Under the pieces are notes generated by a model. That model was given only the letters and a program-made list of their open reading frames with translations. It did not search any database and was not told the origin of the DNA. A DNA stretch of 63,297 nt, the filler included. It is 9 parts of 9 records of this genome, joined end to end, with 100 filler letters (N's around TTAATTAATTAA, not from the genome) between each part and the next. Parts side by side here need not be neighbours in the genome. Positions count along the whole stretch, not along the records: positions 17,225 to 26,322 come from SRR2962707_1293; positions 26,423 to 32,501 come from SRR2962707_1295; positions 32,602 to 40,478 come from SRR2962707_1300; 6 more parts are not named here. The stretch is one strand, 5' to 3'. A program made the translations under genes and the position numbers. Positions 26,015-38,404 of this stretch are shown here, one piece after another (the first letter of the stretch is position 1; each line of letters opens with the position of its first letter).

Positions 26015-26322
26015 GGTGCCTTCAGCTAAGTCAGCACTTGCGCGTGCAGCAGCAAAGCGGAGCAGCAGCAGCACAAGCACCAGCTGCAGCAGGACCGAAG
26101 ATGCAGCAGGACCGAAGATGCAACAAGAGGACGACCGGGGCTTCAATTCAATCCACAGATCTCTGGGCAAATTATTTGTTGACGAGTTTAGTTTTTTGCT
26201 TTTACGAAGAGTCGCGGGTTCGGCAGCTGTGCGTCAGAATAGCAAAGGCATTCGCAGGCACACGCACGCACGCACGCAGGGAGAGAGAGAGCGAGAGCGA
26301 CAGAGAGAGAGAGAGAGAGAGA

Positions 26323-26422
26323 NNNNNNNNNNNNNNNNNNNNNNNNNNNNNNNNNNNNNNNNNNNNTTAATTAATTAANNNNNNNNNNNNNNNNNNNNNN
26401 NNNNNNNNNNNNNNNNNNNNNN
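26323..26422. other. Artificial contig linker
   Basis: 44N-TTAATTAATTAA-44N. Confidence 0.99.
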
Positions 26423-26529
26423 AGCAGGCTCTCAAAGAGAGCCCACCGCCCATTACCTAAAGGAGGTGTCTCCTCTTGCCGTTTTTGACTGCAGTGAGAG
26501 TGCAGTGACAGTGTGACTGCAGTGGGTGG

Positions 26530-26700
26530 GTGTGGTGTTTGAGCGAGTGTGCTTTCTGTGCGTGTGCTTTGTGTGTGTGCTTTCTGTGTGCTGTGTGCTT
26601 TGTGCTTTCTGTGTGTGCTTTGTGCTTTGCGTGCTTTGTGTGCTTTGCGTTCTTTGTGTGTGTGCATGCGTGCGTGCGTGCGCGCGTGCGTGCGCAAGTA
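26530..26700. repeat. Degenerate (GTGTGCTTT)n / (GCGT)n simple repeat
   Basis: Visible repeated gtgtgcttt units followed by gcgtgcgt. Confidence 0.85.
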
Positions 26701-26933
26701 AGCAAGTGCGCGTCTCTGCAGGTTATGAATTTCGCAAAAGACATCATTATATAAAAAAAAAAGGTCGTCCTTAGCTCTTCGAAAACTTTTAAATAAATGC
26801 GTTGCTGTTTGCAAAAAGGGTCCTCCTCGATTGTGTGCAGCTTTCAGCTACTGCTGCTGCTGATGGGGAGAATCAGCATGGGCGCTGCTGCACCCAGCTA
26901 AGAAGGGGAAGGGGGCGGGGCTTAACTCTCAAG

Positions 26934-29900
26934 ATGGGCCAGTCCCAGCACAAGTACGCAGCTGTGCACTTGTACAGCGAGGGCCTCGAAGGTTGCATTG
27001 ACAAAGTCCCGTCTGTGGCCTACCTGTTGCCGGGCAGCTACTGTGACAACACCGACGAGTTCGGGGTGGACCAGACCAAGGTGGTGGGGGGCTTGTTCTA
27101 CGACAGCAAGTCCGAGTGGTGGAAGGACCCGCCGGTCTCGGACTTCGGGTGGGGCAAACTTCCCTACCAAGGCACCTATCTTGACGACTCCTCAGCCAAC
27201 GACGTTTGTGGAGCGCTCAGCTTCCAGTGTCCAGAGATTGCGCTATATTCGAACCAGAGCATTTGCAACTACACCACCATGTGCCCCCCGCCAAGCACCA
27301 GTGCATGTGCCGACCGCACTCTCGGCAATTCGTTGAATGTAGCAGCTTCGTCCACCGCAATGCTCGATGCGGTGCAGTATTACCGAATCGAATGCGAGTT
27401 TGATGTGCGCGGATCACTTCTGTTTCGAGAGCTGGACGGAGATTCGTGCAGCGACTTCGACGAGACGTTTGCAGACACAACCGGTGTCCCAGGAGTGTCT
27501 GACGGTCAGAATTACGTCGGGTGGTGGGCACTGCCGGGCGTTTTCGGCTCCTCACTCGGGCAGGCGAATTGTGTCGACGCCTCTCACGAGGGCACGTATT
27601 GGCAACGGTGGGTGCTTTCAGAACAAACACAGTCGAGTAGTGAAGGGGACAAGGTAGTGCAGACCGTCGATGTGAAATTCTTTCTAGAAGAAGCCGAGTG
27701 CAACGCTTTCGACGACCAGGTGCGACCGCCATCATGGATTGGGTGCGATTTGGATTCGCACCGCCAGGGAGCTTTGCCCCACCCTCCGACTCGCGGCACT
27801 GACTTTATTTATCCAACTCATGAGTCCTTTTTTTTATGCTGTGCTGACATTGTTTGGAATTACAGTTGGATGCAGTCCAGGGAGACAAGGACTTTGCGAG
27901 TCGCGTCGTTCCGACGCTAGAGTCAACTCCTTGGGAAATATTATTTTATCATATTTTGCACGCCGATGTGTTCTCCGGCTCTGGATGTATGCGACCTTTG
28001 GCTGGGTATGTAGAATATTTGGAAAACCTGTGGTTGATGCACTGGTTTTGGCGTTGTCTTCAAGTTAGGTGTCCTGTTCACGTCTGCTCTGAAAACCAAT
28101 ATCATATTCACAATTGTTTCTTCATGTCCTATTTTTGGTCTATCGGGCCTGGCTGCAGCGAATCAATTTGCCCTTACGATAGCAGCTCTGCATTGAGCAG
28201 CCAGGATGACGCGTCAAATGCTTGCAAGGCGGACGTAGATTGCCCAGGGTTTGTGCGCGTGCCTCCTGAAGCAGGTGCAGACGAAGACGCAGTGGAAGTG
28301 TTTTACCTGTGCACGTCAGAGCCTGCTACTACATCGGGCGGCACCAGGTGCGTGTTCCCGTTGTAGCGACTTTTTTTGGAGCCTTGCCATTGGCTGGTGT
28401 CGTGTTTTGCAGCATTCCCGGGCATGCGTTTTTGTTTGAGGGCTGTTTTTTCATGCTTTGCAGGACACAGGCGTGGAAGAGAACATGCCGGTCACCGCCA
28501 TGGCGCACCGGCTGCATGCAGCTGGACCAAAACAAGTCACCATATCCCATCGGGATGGTGAGTCAAGGACCATTTCAACACGCGTGCACGCGTGCACGGC
28601 ACACATCGATAGAGTTTCAAAATCATCATGTGTCGTGCTTTCGATGCCGGTGTTGCTTGACCTCGGTCAGCATTTCATTCATTTTTGTTGCGCGTTGTTT
28701 TTGCAGGCTGCATTCCTCGAGGCTGACAATTCTTGGGTGCGTAAGGATCCTGCTTTGTACTGTCAGACAAGGTCTTTTGGATGATACGGTTGTGATTTCA
28801 AAAAAATGGCGTTGGAATTGACTTCCGAAACAAGCAGACTATTGTTGGGTGAGCTCGGTTTGGACCTAACCCGATGCATGGTGTGCAGGTCGGTTGGGTG
28901 TGGTTTGCTGGCGTTGTGGGCGCACTGCTGGGGGCTTATTTTCTCTGGCGCGCGTTTTGTTGGAAGGTGCGCTTTTGATGCGAGCAAGTCTGCTTGCTGA
29001 CAAGTATTTTGGCGATGGCTGGGATATTGGTGAATGTTTGTAACACACTGCAATCCTTGTTTGCATCGATAACCGCTGATGTAGCCTTGCAAGAAATACT
29101 ACGATGACATTGTTCAAGAAGGCAGCAAACGGCGTGTGAAGCCTTGGACGTTTGTGGAAGCACCACTTGAACCAAGTGAGCGCAAGCAGAATGCATTGGC
29201 GGAGCGTGATGACAGTGACGAAGGCCTCGACGCCACTTCCGCCGCCGAACCCGTTGCGTTTTGTGATATGCTGCCTCGAGCATGGGAAGTGGATCTGACG
29301 CGCCGACAAAGACAACGTGATGTCTTTTTGAGGAAGTACTGTTTTCGCGCGGGGCCGATTGGAATCCACTTCCGCCCGTTTGTAGATCTTTCCGACTCTG
29401 CCCGTGTTGCAGCTGTAGTTGCTGCTGTAGCTGCTTTTTCTGACAATCATGGAGACGAGTGAGTTCACTGTTCACTGTTCTGTTTCGACCGACGATGCTT
29501 GAAAATCATTCCTGTGCGACGCTAAAACGTGCAGCGTTATTCTTTTCGTTGCCAACACCTGCACGTTTTTGTTTCGCACATTGATGTGGGATTGGCTTAG
29601 TTCTGTTCGATCAAACGGTGGGCCTGTTGGGGTTCAAGTCGCGCGCCTTGAACCTGGGGGTCGAGCTGAAGAGGCCGGGGTACCTGTTGGTGCGCTGGTA
29701 GTGCAGCTGAATGGGCAAGATGTGACGCACTACACAGTGCCAGAATTGAATAGTCTTTTGGCTTCACTGAAAGTGAATCAAACAGGCGTATTTGCGACAC
29801 TTCATGTGCGCATAGTAGACCCAGCGTCGCAAACCACGTCTGGAACGGAAGACACTTACGTTTCAGCAGCACAGCAGCTAAAACCGAACAAGACGATATC

Positions 29901-30690
29901 TCCTGCCATGTTAGAAAAAGTGGATGCCGCCGGTTGGATCCCTGCCATTGATGCCGCTGGCAGGTCCGTGGGCAGAAAGGAGTCAGACTGCGTGAGCAGA
30001 AAGACTCTGACTTCATGCTGGACCGTGCACTCTTTTGACATACCTTTGCGTTTTTGTTGTTGTACTTTACCGTTCTGTTGTAAACTGGCAGATCATGTTT
30101 TGTAAAACTGGCCATTGAACCTGTGGATCCCGAGGTCGACAAGCGAATCGAAGCTGCCCATTCATGGTTCGCCAATTGCGCTACGGCCATTGAACTGGAT
30201 CAAAATGCCCCTGCATCGTCGTCACTTGCATATGAAAGCTAGGGGGTTAATTGCGGGTTCGGCCCTTCCAATTGAATTTTGAAGGTATAACCCTTGGATT
30301 GATGATTGGCACGAGTTGCGCGATGACCACGGCAATCCCTACTATTTTAACGGCCTCCGACAGGAAGCCAGTTGGGAAAAGCCAGCGGCGGCGCAGGCAG
30401 ACGAGGATGAGAGTGCCCGAATTCTACGCGACCAAAGCCGGATGAAATTGCTGCGCGCAAGACTGAGTGCACTGGACGGCTATGCAAATCAAGAAGGCGG
30501 CGTTTATGGCTTTTCCGCAGGCGAGCTGGAGGTGGAACGAGCTGTGCTGACTGAAGAGCTCAGCACCCTTGAAGCCTCGACCAAGCGGTTTGCCTCTACA
30601 GAACCAGTTGATGACTCGAATCCGGCAACACCCGCCCACTCCCAAACGCTTTTGGGGGCAGAACTGGAGAGTGGGCAACTGGGAAGTTGA
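26934..30690 (+). CDS. Single-pass membrane protein with Cys-rich N-terminal region, then PDZ and WW domains
   Basis: Spliced TM exon 28889-28966 reads VGWVWFAGVVGALLGAYFLWRAFCWK. PDZ: FRAGPIGIHF...VQVARLEPGGRAEEAGVPVGALVVQLNGQDV. WW: DWHELRDDHGNPYYFNGLRQEASWEKP. Confidence 0.72.
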
Positions 30691-30974
30691 AGCTCTTTTC
30701 CTTTCGACTCATAAACTCGACGAACCGTGTTGTACCCCTTTGGTTCTCTGCCACGAGCGTACTTTTTCCAACGCTCAAACGCGACATACTGTGGGAAAAC
30801 ATGCTTACTCGCTCACTCGCACACTCACCCACGCACGCACGCGTTCATGTTGTAACGCAGCTTCTCCCACCGTCTTCACAGTTCTATTGGTTGTGCAAGG
30901 GCAAAACAAGAAGTGCAATCTTGCGCGCCGAGGAATAACTGCTAAGACGATGGTTATTACGCCGGTCGAAGTGC

Positions 30975-32340
30975 CTATTTGCGAATACTAAGTTTCGCTG
31001 GCACCTCTACATCCATGCAAACGGGGCTCAGTTGCCGACGCATGAGGAAGGCGTCGCCACTTTGTTGCATTCCATCTTCGCACGGCCCGTAGTACTCTCG
31101 AAGCTTTTGCACACGGCGAAAGCCGAGGTGAGTGTAACTTTACGCAGTCGAAGGGGCGCATACACGGCAAAAGCAAAAAGCGGCACATTGAGAAATATTG
31201 ATAGTGAGCAAGTGTGAAATTGAAATGGCGCAGATTGACCTGTGACAAAGAAACACACACACACAGCATGGTGCTGGGAGGAAATGACGAATGATTGACG
31301 TACAGACGCTGGGCTCCTGTGTTGGCGATGTGCACGTGCAGGTCACACCACGAGCTTCCTGCTCGAGATGCGACATGCATCGCATGGCGCAAAAGGGTGC
31401 TTGCAACACCGCGCCCACGGCAGTCGGGCCGAGTAGCAATGCTCGCTATTTGGGCCGTCTTGCGGCCGGCGTTGACCAAGAGGATGTAGCCTGCAACAAC
31501 GGCTTCTCCACGGTTAAGGGTCATTGCCAGAGATTGTTGTAAAAGCGCATTCCGCATGGGTCCTTGGCCACGAGTGGCTTCGGGCACCCCATCCGGTGCA
31601 TGCTGCTCACCAACTATTGCGACAAAACACGCGCAGCGCCGAAAGGCGAAATCTTCGTCCATGCACATCTCATCACAATCGATGGTTCCGTCTTCGTCCT
31701 CAGGATCAGTACGGGGCACTAAAGCACGCTCAAACGCAGACCGCGGATAGGGCTGCAAGAAGCAAATATTTTCGATGGCAACCAGCGCGGCCATATCTAT
31801 GCGGCGCAGGGCGCGAATGGTGACATGTGGGCCATCAACGACCCTACTGGCTTCTGCTGGGCTTCGAGTATTGCTGCCTCGTTCAACATCTGCTTCCGCA
31901 CTATCAGGGGTTTCAACAGGCGCCCCGCTTTGCTGCACTCCGCACTGAAAAGTGTTTGGCTGTTTCGGCCTTGGTTCAACTGATCTGCTGCTGCCTTCTC
32001 CAAGTCGCTGCAGCAGTTTCGCGTGAACTGCCCACTGACCACGTTCTTCATCGATCCGGTTCAAAATTAGCAACCTATGCCTCCTCGTGTGAATTGAGCC
32101 AGCGTCTGCCCACAAGCTCGGTGAGTCCTGCGCAATTCTCGCAAAATGATCTTCCGGACAGCCCAAGCACCCGCGGCACAGATCAAAGTCCGCGCAGTCC
32201 GCGCAGCAAAAGCGGGTGCCAAGGATGAGCGACCCACACGCATCACAGATAGCCCTGTGCAGTGTCGCGTGAACTTCACGCTCCAAACCTTTCAAGCTGG
32301 CGCGAACGCGGCGAAAGTCGCCCACCGCCGCGCACTCCAT
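30975..32340 (-). CDS. ZZ-type zinc finger + RimI-like GNAT N-acetyltransferase
   Basis: ZZ: HRAICDACGSLILGTRFCCADCADFDLCRGC..H..H. GNAT: IASIATRPDCRGRGVASTLL..LHVHIANTGAQRL|YTHLGF..EYY..DAFLM. Intron at 31138-31303. Confidence 0.88.
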
Positions 32341-32501
32341 CGACGCCAGTTTTTCTGAAGCGCGGTGGCTCGCGGGGGCGTTGCTTTTCAATCTAATTCG
32401 CTGACAGCGTGCTTGACGTTTCTGTCGTTTTGAAGGTTATTTATTCGCCAGTGAATGACCGAAAAAAAAACTCAAAACACACACACACACACACACACAC
32501 A

Positions 32502-32601
32502 NNNNNNNNNNNNNNNNNNNNNNNNNNNNNNNNNNNNNNNNNNNNTTAATTAATTAANNNNNNNNNNNNNNNNNNNNNNNNNNNNNNNNNNNNNNNNNNN
32601 N
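32502..32601. other. Artificial contig linker
   Basis: 44N-TTAATTAATTAA-44N. Confidence 0.99.
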
Positions 32602-35600
32602 CCGCCGCCGCCGCAGCAGCAGCAGCAGCAGGACACTCACCGCCACCAACAGACTCACCAGCCTCATCCTGCACGAGGACCACGGGCAGCGGATCTCTCT
32701 CGAGCTGCTCTGGTGTGTGAGAACTGGTATGCGATCACTGACCAGAGGCTGCCGTCCATTCGCACGAATGTCGATGGTGGTATCTTTCTGCTGGGCCCTT
32801 CTGGCATCGATTATGCCCCGATGGGCGACCACTCCGCTGCAGGGCTCGCTTCAGCCACGTCCTCCTTGGAAGGCTCTCACATCATGCCGAGTCGACTCGC
32901 GTTTGAAAACAAAGTTGCCGATGACAACCGGGAGCATACGGTGAAGCAGTTGTTGATTGACTTCGAGGCGGGAAAAATTGACGAGGACGAGTTCGAGCAG
33001 CAAAAGTATCAATTGAAGGTGCGGCAGCTGACGAGACTCCGGCAGCAACTTGGCAAAGGGCTGATTAGCCCTGCTGCTTATAATCTTGAGGCAGCCAGGA
33101 TTATAGACGAGCACAAGACTGGGCCTTTCGACGCAGAGGTGCGCATTAATTTCTTTGGAACCCAGCGTGAGCTCTCTGAACTTGTTGACAAGCTCAAAGA
33201 GGTTCTAGCCAGTGACAGACCAAGAGCCAGCGAAGAAAACCAAAAAAACGATGCCCCAAACTCAGCGAAATGCCCTCCCAAGGCGGTGGTAGAGATTGTC
33301 AAGTCGCGGTTTGCTGTTCGCTCAGGTGTCGGTGCAGCACTGTTTGCTCGTGATAACAACGGATTGGACAATCCTGATGACCCGGAGCTGATGCGGCGAC
33401 GAGAACAGGAACTGCTGGAGGCTGCAGAGCGAAAAGTGGCGGAAAAGCAAGCAGCTGAGCTTGCAAAGCGCCGAGCACAGGCGACCAAGTGGCTACTATC
33501 GGACTTAGGTGCTCATTCAACCGTGCCAGGCGTGGAGCTGTCCGAGCACAACATGAGCAAGTGTGACAGGACTGTCCGAGCCATTGTCGACGAAGTACAG
33601 CGTGACGACGAAAGTGTTGTGGTTACTCCAGCATTGCAAACTTACTTACGCAAGTATGCTGTTTTGACCGAGCAGATGCGTGTATGGCACGCTCAGCAGG
33701 CGATGGAGAAGGATTCCATGCAAGAGAGTTCACGCACTGTTCGTGAACAAGCAAAGGCGCTTGCAAAAGACCAGGAGCGCAAAATTGTGCAGCTCATGGA
33801 AGAAAAAGACATGCTGGATAAACGGTTGCGGCTGATGGAGCAACAAAGCCGGTCATCAATTTCAGACTTTGCACTCCAAACAGGTAATACTCAAGAGCTT
33901 AAATCACGAATTCAGGATTTGGAGCATCAAGTCGAAGATCTTGAAAACGAACTTCGCCTTTCAAAGGCAGCCTTCACCGAACTGGAGGAATCGGTGCAAG
34001 TGAGTGGCTCCGTAATCGTGATTCGCACACCTTGTCACCAGCCTGCCCGCCGCACGCATACGCGTATATTTTCTGTCTAATGGCGCTCTTCCTGGGCATT
34101 CGTTCAATGCAGGGGACATCCGATGAAATCAAGTCTTTGCAAAAGCAACTTGCAAAGGCGGGTGCTGAAAAAAACATTGAAATGCAAAAGCTCAAGCAAG
34201 CTCACCAGGCCGAGCTTTTGGAGCGTGAGCGAGAAAAGCAAGAGCGAGAAATGGAACTTGCTGCCCAGGTGTGAATATTGACAGCAATCTCTTTGATTTT
34301 GATCATAGCGTTTCGCTCTCACCTTGGCAATGGTTCCTCATCCAATATCCCCCGTGTACGTTTTCCAGATTGCAGCCTTGACCAAACAATGTGATCACTT
34401 GCGTGAAACTCTGGAGTCGGTTCGCCAAGAGGTAAAGCGGCTGGAAGGGGAGTTGCAGCAAGTGCATGAGTCATATGCGGCAAAAATTCAAGGGCTTGAA
34501 CACCAAAACCGAACCATGGAGTTACGGATCGCCGATTTGACCGGAGCATTGGAGACTGCTCGCGAGAACGAAGCGAAGGTACATCGAGCTGCAGGAACGA
34601 AAGCACCCCTATTTTTTATTCCAGACTTATTCATGCAATTTGTTTTGGTGGAAACCACGTCCGTTTACAGGCTGTCAAGACAGTGCGGGCATTGGAGGCG
34701 AAGGTCGCCGAATTCGATCGTGTCAAGGAGCAGCTTGCCAAATCAGAGGGACTATTAGCCAAGGTCAAACTTGATCTTCAGGAGGCGAAGGCAGGTAGCG
34801 CTGCTGTCGAAGCTCAGCTTGCTTCTGCAAATGACCGGGCCTTGGCCCTGGAAAAAGCTGCAGAGGACCTGAAGGCCAAACATGCACAAGAGCTTGCTGC
34901 TGCTGCCGCTAAGGCGCATGAGCAATTGGTGGCTTTGGAAAAAGAAGCGGAAGAAAAGGTTGCCCAAGCTGGCGGAAAGGCCGAGGCACAAATCCGACAG
35001 ATGAAGGAGACCCTCGACGCGGATTTGCACGACTTGGAGGGCGACTTCACGACGATAGGGGCATTTGCAAGTGAATTTGTCGACTTCGCGAACCGTGCCC
35101 TTGATTCCGAGGAAGGCATTTTAGATGCTATTCCTGACGAGTTGACTGCCGGTCAGCAGCCGTATTTCAACGAAACAGCCGTATCCTCCGCCAGTCCGGA
35201 CGACGACAATGTTCACATCAGACAAAAGGTGCTAGGTCATTTCAGCTCAAAGGCTGCCAAGCACGTTCGTGGAATATTCGACCTCGCCCATCGTATTGCT
35301 GGAATGGCTGCAAGTGGAGATCTTGGTGGCGGTGCCTTATCTGCGCTTGTTGAGGACCTCGAGGAGCAGCTTCGAAAAAAGAGTGCAGAAATGGAAAGTA
35401 TGCAAGCGCTTCTTGTTAAGTACGGAATCGTGGATGAAGATGGCAACATCAATGAGAATGGCGTGATGGCCTCTGACGTGCGCGAGGCAGCAGCCATCCT
35501 CGAAGGGGCGGAGAAACTGTATGTTTGCGGCAAAAACTCATCAGCCATGTCTTCAATGATTGCACTCGCATCCACAGTGGGGTCTCATGCCTTGGCCTGT

Positions 35601-38246
35601 CGTCTATGCTGCAAATTTCCTTGAATGTCTTGGCTGCCACTTCAGGTATTCAGGAGAAGTACAAGGCGACGATGTGGATCCAGTTCACACTGCGCTGGTT
35701 CAACGAGCCGAAACTTTTGTTGAAAGTCAACGCATGTCAACGCTTGGTGATGTCGCACAGCGAGCTTTTATTCTCGTCACGAAGTTCAAAACATGGCGAG
35801 TGGCCGCTGATGCTGCGCGCGAAGCCCGTGCGCACAACAAGGAGCAGGCTTCGCAGTCGGTTGGGGAAAGCGAGGTTTGTGTTTGAAAGTAACTGTCTTG
35901 GATTTTGACGCTTTGTTGGCGTGCGTGCGTGCGTTCGTGCGTACGCACGCATTTGTCGCCCATTGCGCCAATTTTTCCAAACGGTCGCTGTGTGCCCGCC
36001 TCTGTAGACAAAGCCCATGCTAGATATCGGCAAGACTAAGATGAACGAAGCTGGCTTCAACAGTCGAGGTAGCAGTCGCCAAAGCACCGCGCGTCGCACG
36101 CAGTCTTTTCACAACGAGTCTTCAACACCAATCGTGGAGCAAGGAGAGGCGATGGGCTTGCCATCGCTGCTCCCACGCACGCCGCGGTCGGCGCTCATCA
36201 CCCCGCGGTCCGCGCGTGGTACACCACGTTCAACAACAACCACGCCAAGGGACCCAAGAGACGATCCGGCAACACAGCTTCGGCGTTCTCTGAAGGCAAG
36301 CCGGAGTAGCGCCGCCGTGCTTAGCGGTGATACAGGCGAAAGAGGCGACGGATCTGGCACAATAAGGCCTCGAGCACAATCTGCAGGGGCCACGCACCTG
36401 GGTGCACTTGCCGACCTCAGGCCACCTCCAAACCGTCGTGGAGTACTCGGGGGTGGGAGCGTCGGCGATGGCGCTCCGGGGGGGGGCGGGGGCGCCTACG
36501 ACATGAATTTGACACCGCGCTCCCCGCGTGAGTTGTCCCCGGATGGATCCAGAGCTTCAACTGCGAGAAGCAGGAACAGAGTGGGGAGTGCTGGCAGTGT
36601 CGTTGGTGGAGACACGATCTTCCCTGACGCTGTAGAAGTAACGCAGGTAGACGCAGATGAATTGGAGCTGAATCTGGAGGACACAGGCCGCGGTAGGGCC
36701 GGATCCGACCTAGCCGATGACGCAATTGGGCCACACGCATCATTCCGCCGCCGGAGCGACAGCGCGGTGGATGCCCCTGCCAATGAAGTTGCTCGACGTA
36801 CCAGGCCCTCGACGGTCGGCCACAAGGCAGTGCGACCTCCCCTGGGAAAACCTCTTAGACGGGTGTGTATGACAACCACCTTCACTTTTGCAAAAATACT
36901 TGCTTGCAGGTCTGGTGTTGTCGCGTCATTAAATCGGTTTGTCGACCTCGTACTTGGTGTTTTTCCGTCAAGGGTGGGCCCGGCAGCAATCCTAACTTGG
37001 TTCGGGCTCCAAGCAAACTGTCTGTGTTTGATTTCAATGACGCTGATCAGTTGCCACCGTTCTCGATGCGGTCCACGGCACTCCACACCGAGATGAACGC
37101 TGTAAACACAATCGAAGCAGGCAAACTTAAGCACCACATCACAAGACTAGAGCAAGAGCTGAAGGCGATGAAAAAAGCCAATAGGCAACTGAGCCAGCAG
37201 GTGCGCTTCAATGTTACGCTTGCCGAGCTCGTCACAGGTGTTGCCATTGCAAAGCATCTCAAAACGAGTCGCCTCTTATTCGAACTGAGTAAATGTTTTT
37301 GTGTTCTTACCTCCCAAGGTGAGTGCGGCACAGGCACGAGCCAGGCGTGGCGCATCCCGTGACGGTGGGAAAGGTGCATTTCTTTTTGCGCCAGGGTCGT
37401 CACTGCGAGGCGGTTCATCGGTATGTTTTGTTCACGACCAGTAGCTTTTCTTGCGCGTCAATGGCAAGGCCGAGTGCTCAGTTTGCATATTTTTTCTGCC
37501 TCTGCTGCGTTGTTTGTTGTCACGCATGTTGTGAACTCAGTTTGGTGGCCGCAAAGGTCTGCTCGAGTCTTGCGAAGAATGGATATTGAGAGACAAGAAG
37601 TATTTGCAATCGTGCGCTGAGTTGCAGGACAAAGTCGCCAAGGCCCGCCAGACTGTGAGTAGCCCTGAATAGAATCTGTACGAAAGCTTGCCAACGCGTA
37701 CTCGCGAAGTTTTGACCTCGTTGTTGCGTTCCTGATGCGTCACAGGCAACTCAAACTAAATCTCAGCTGAAGGGTGGGGGAGTTCGCCGTGAGGAAGAAA
37801 TTCAAGCGCTGAAATTTCGGTTTCACGAAGAGAAAGAGTTGCTTGCGGCCTTTGAAAAAAAGTTGGCTGACGCTCAACAGCGGCGGACGAAAAACCAGGA
37901 ACGAATCATGGAGCTTTTCGAACGCATATCTGAAGCTGGCAATCAGCTGCTGTTCATCAACATGTCGACAAATTTGCGTAGTCGCATTCAAGAGCGTGTT
38001 CGCAAACATAATGAAGAAACTGGTGGTCCAGCTGTGGAAGACGACGAACAGTATGTCAGCAACAACAATGAACATGGTCAACGCCATAAATTCCTGCCAC
38101 GGCACACCAAACCCGCAGGACGGGGTCAGAGAGGCAAACACGGGGGTGCACTTCGTATTGATGTTGTGAATCCACAGCGAGACGAACAGCGCGCCGTGTC
38201 ACCCGCAGACGACCCAATTGTGTTCTCCCGCCCGCCTGCGTATTAA
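32602..38246 (+). CDS. Long coiled-coil / low-complexity protein of unknown function; 5'-truncated
   Basis: The frame is open from the contig start (PPPPQQQQQQ). About 10 GT-AG-linked exons carry heptad-rich segments and an R/S/P/G-rich region with TPR/SPR motifs. TAA ends at 38246. Confidence 0.75.
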
Positions 38247-38404
38247 ATTCGTTGAAAAACGTAATAGAGAGTAATATTAACGAACTTGTATACACACTAA
38301 CATCCAGTGTTGTTTGGCATGTAATTTTGTTGCGGTGCTTGGCGATGCAGTGTTGCGATCGTGTGCTGGTAAATGTTTAGACAAGGCCGTGGAAAGCGCA
38401 TCTG

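Noticed and set aside
26085-26132. Two-copy 18-nt repeat gcaggaccgaagatgca
   Set aside because: A local slippage duplication near a gene 5' end with no further structure.
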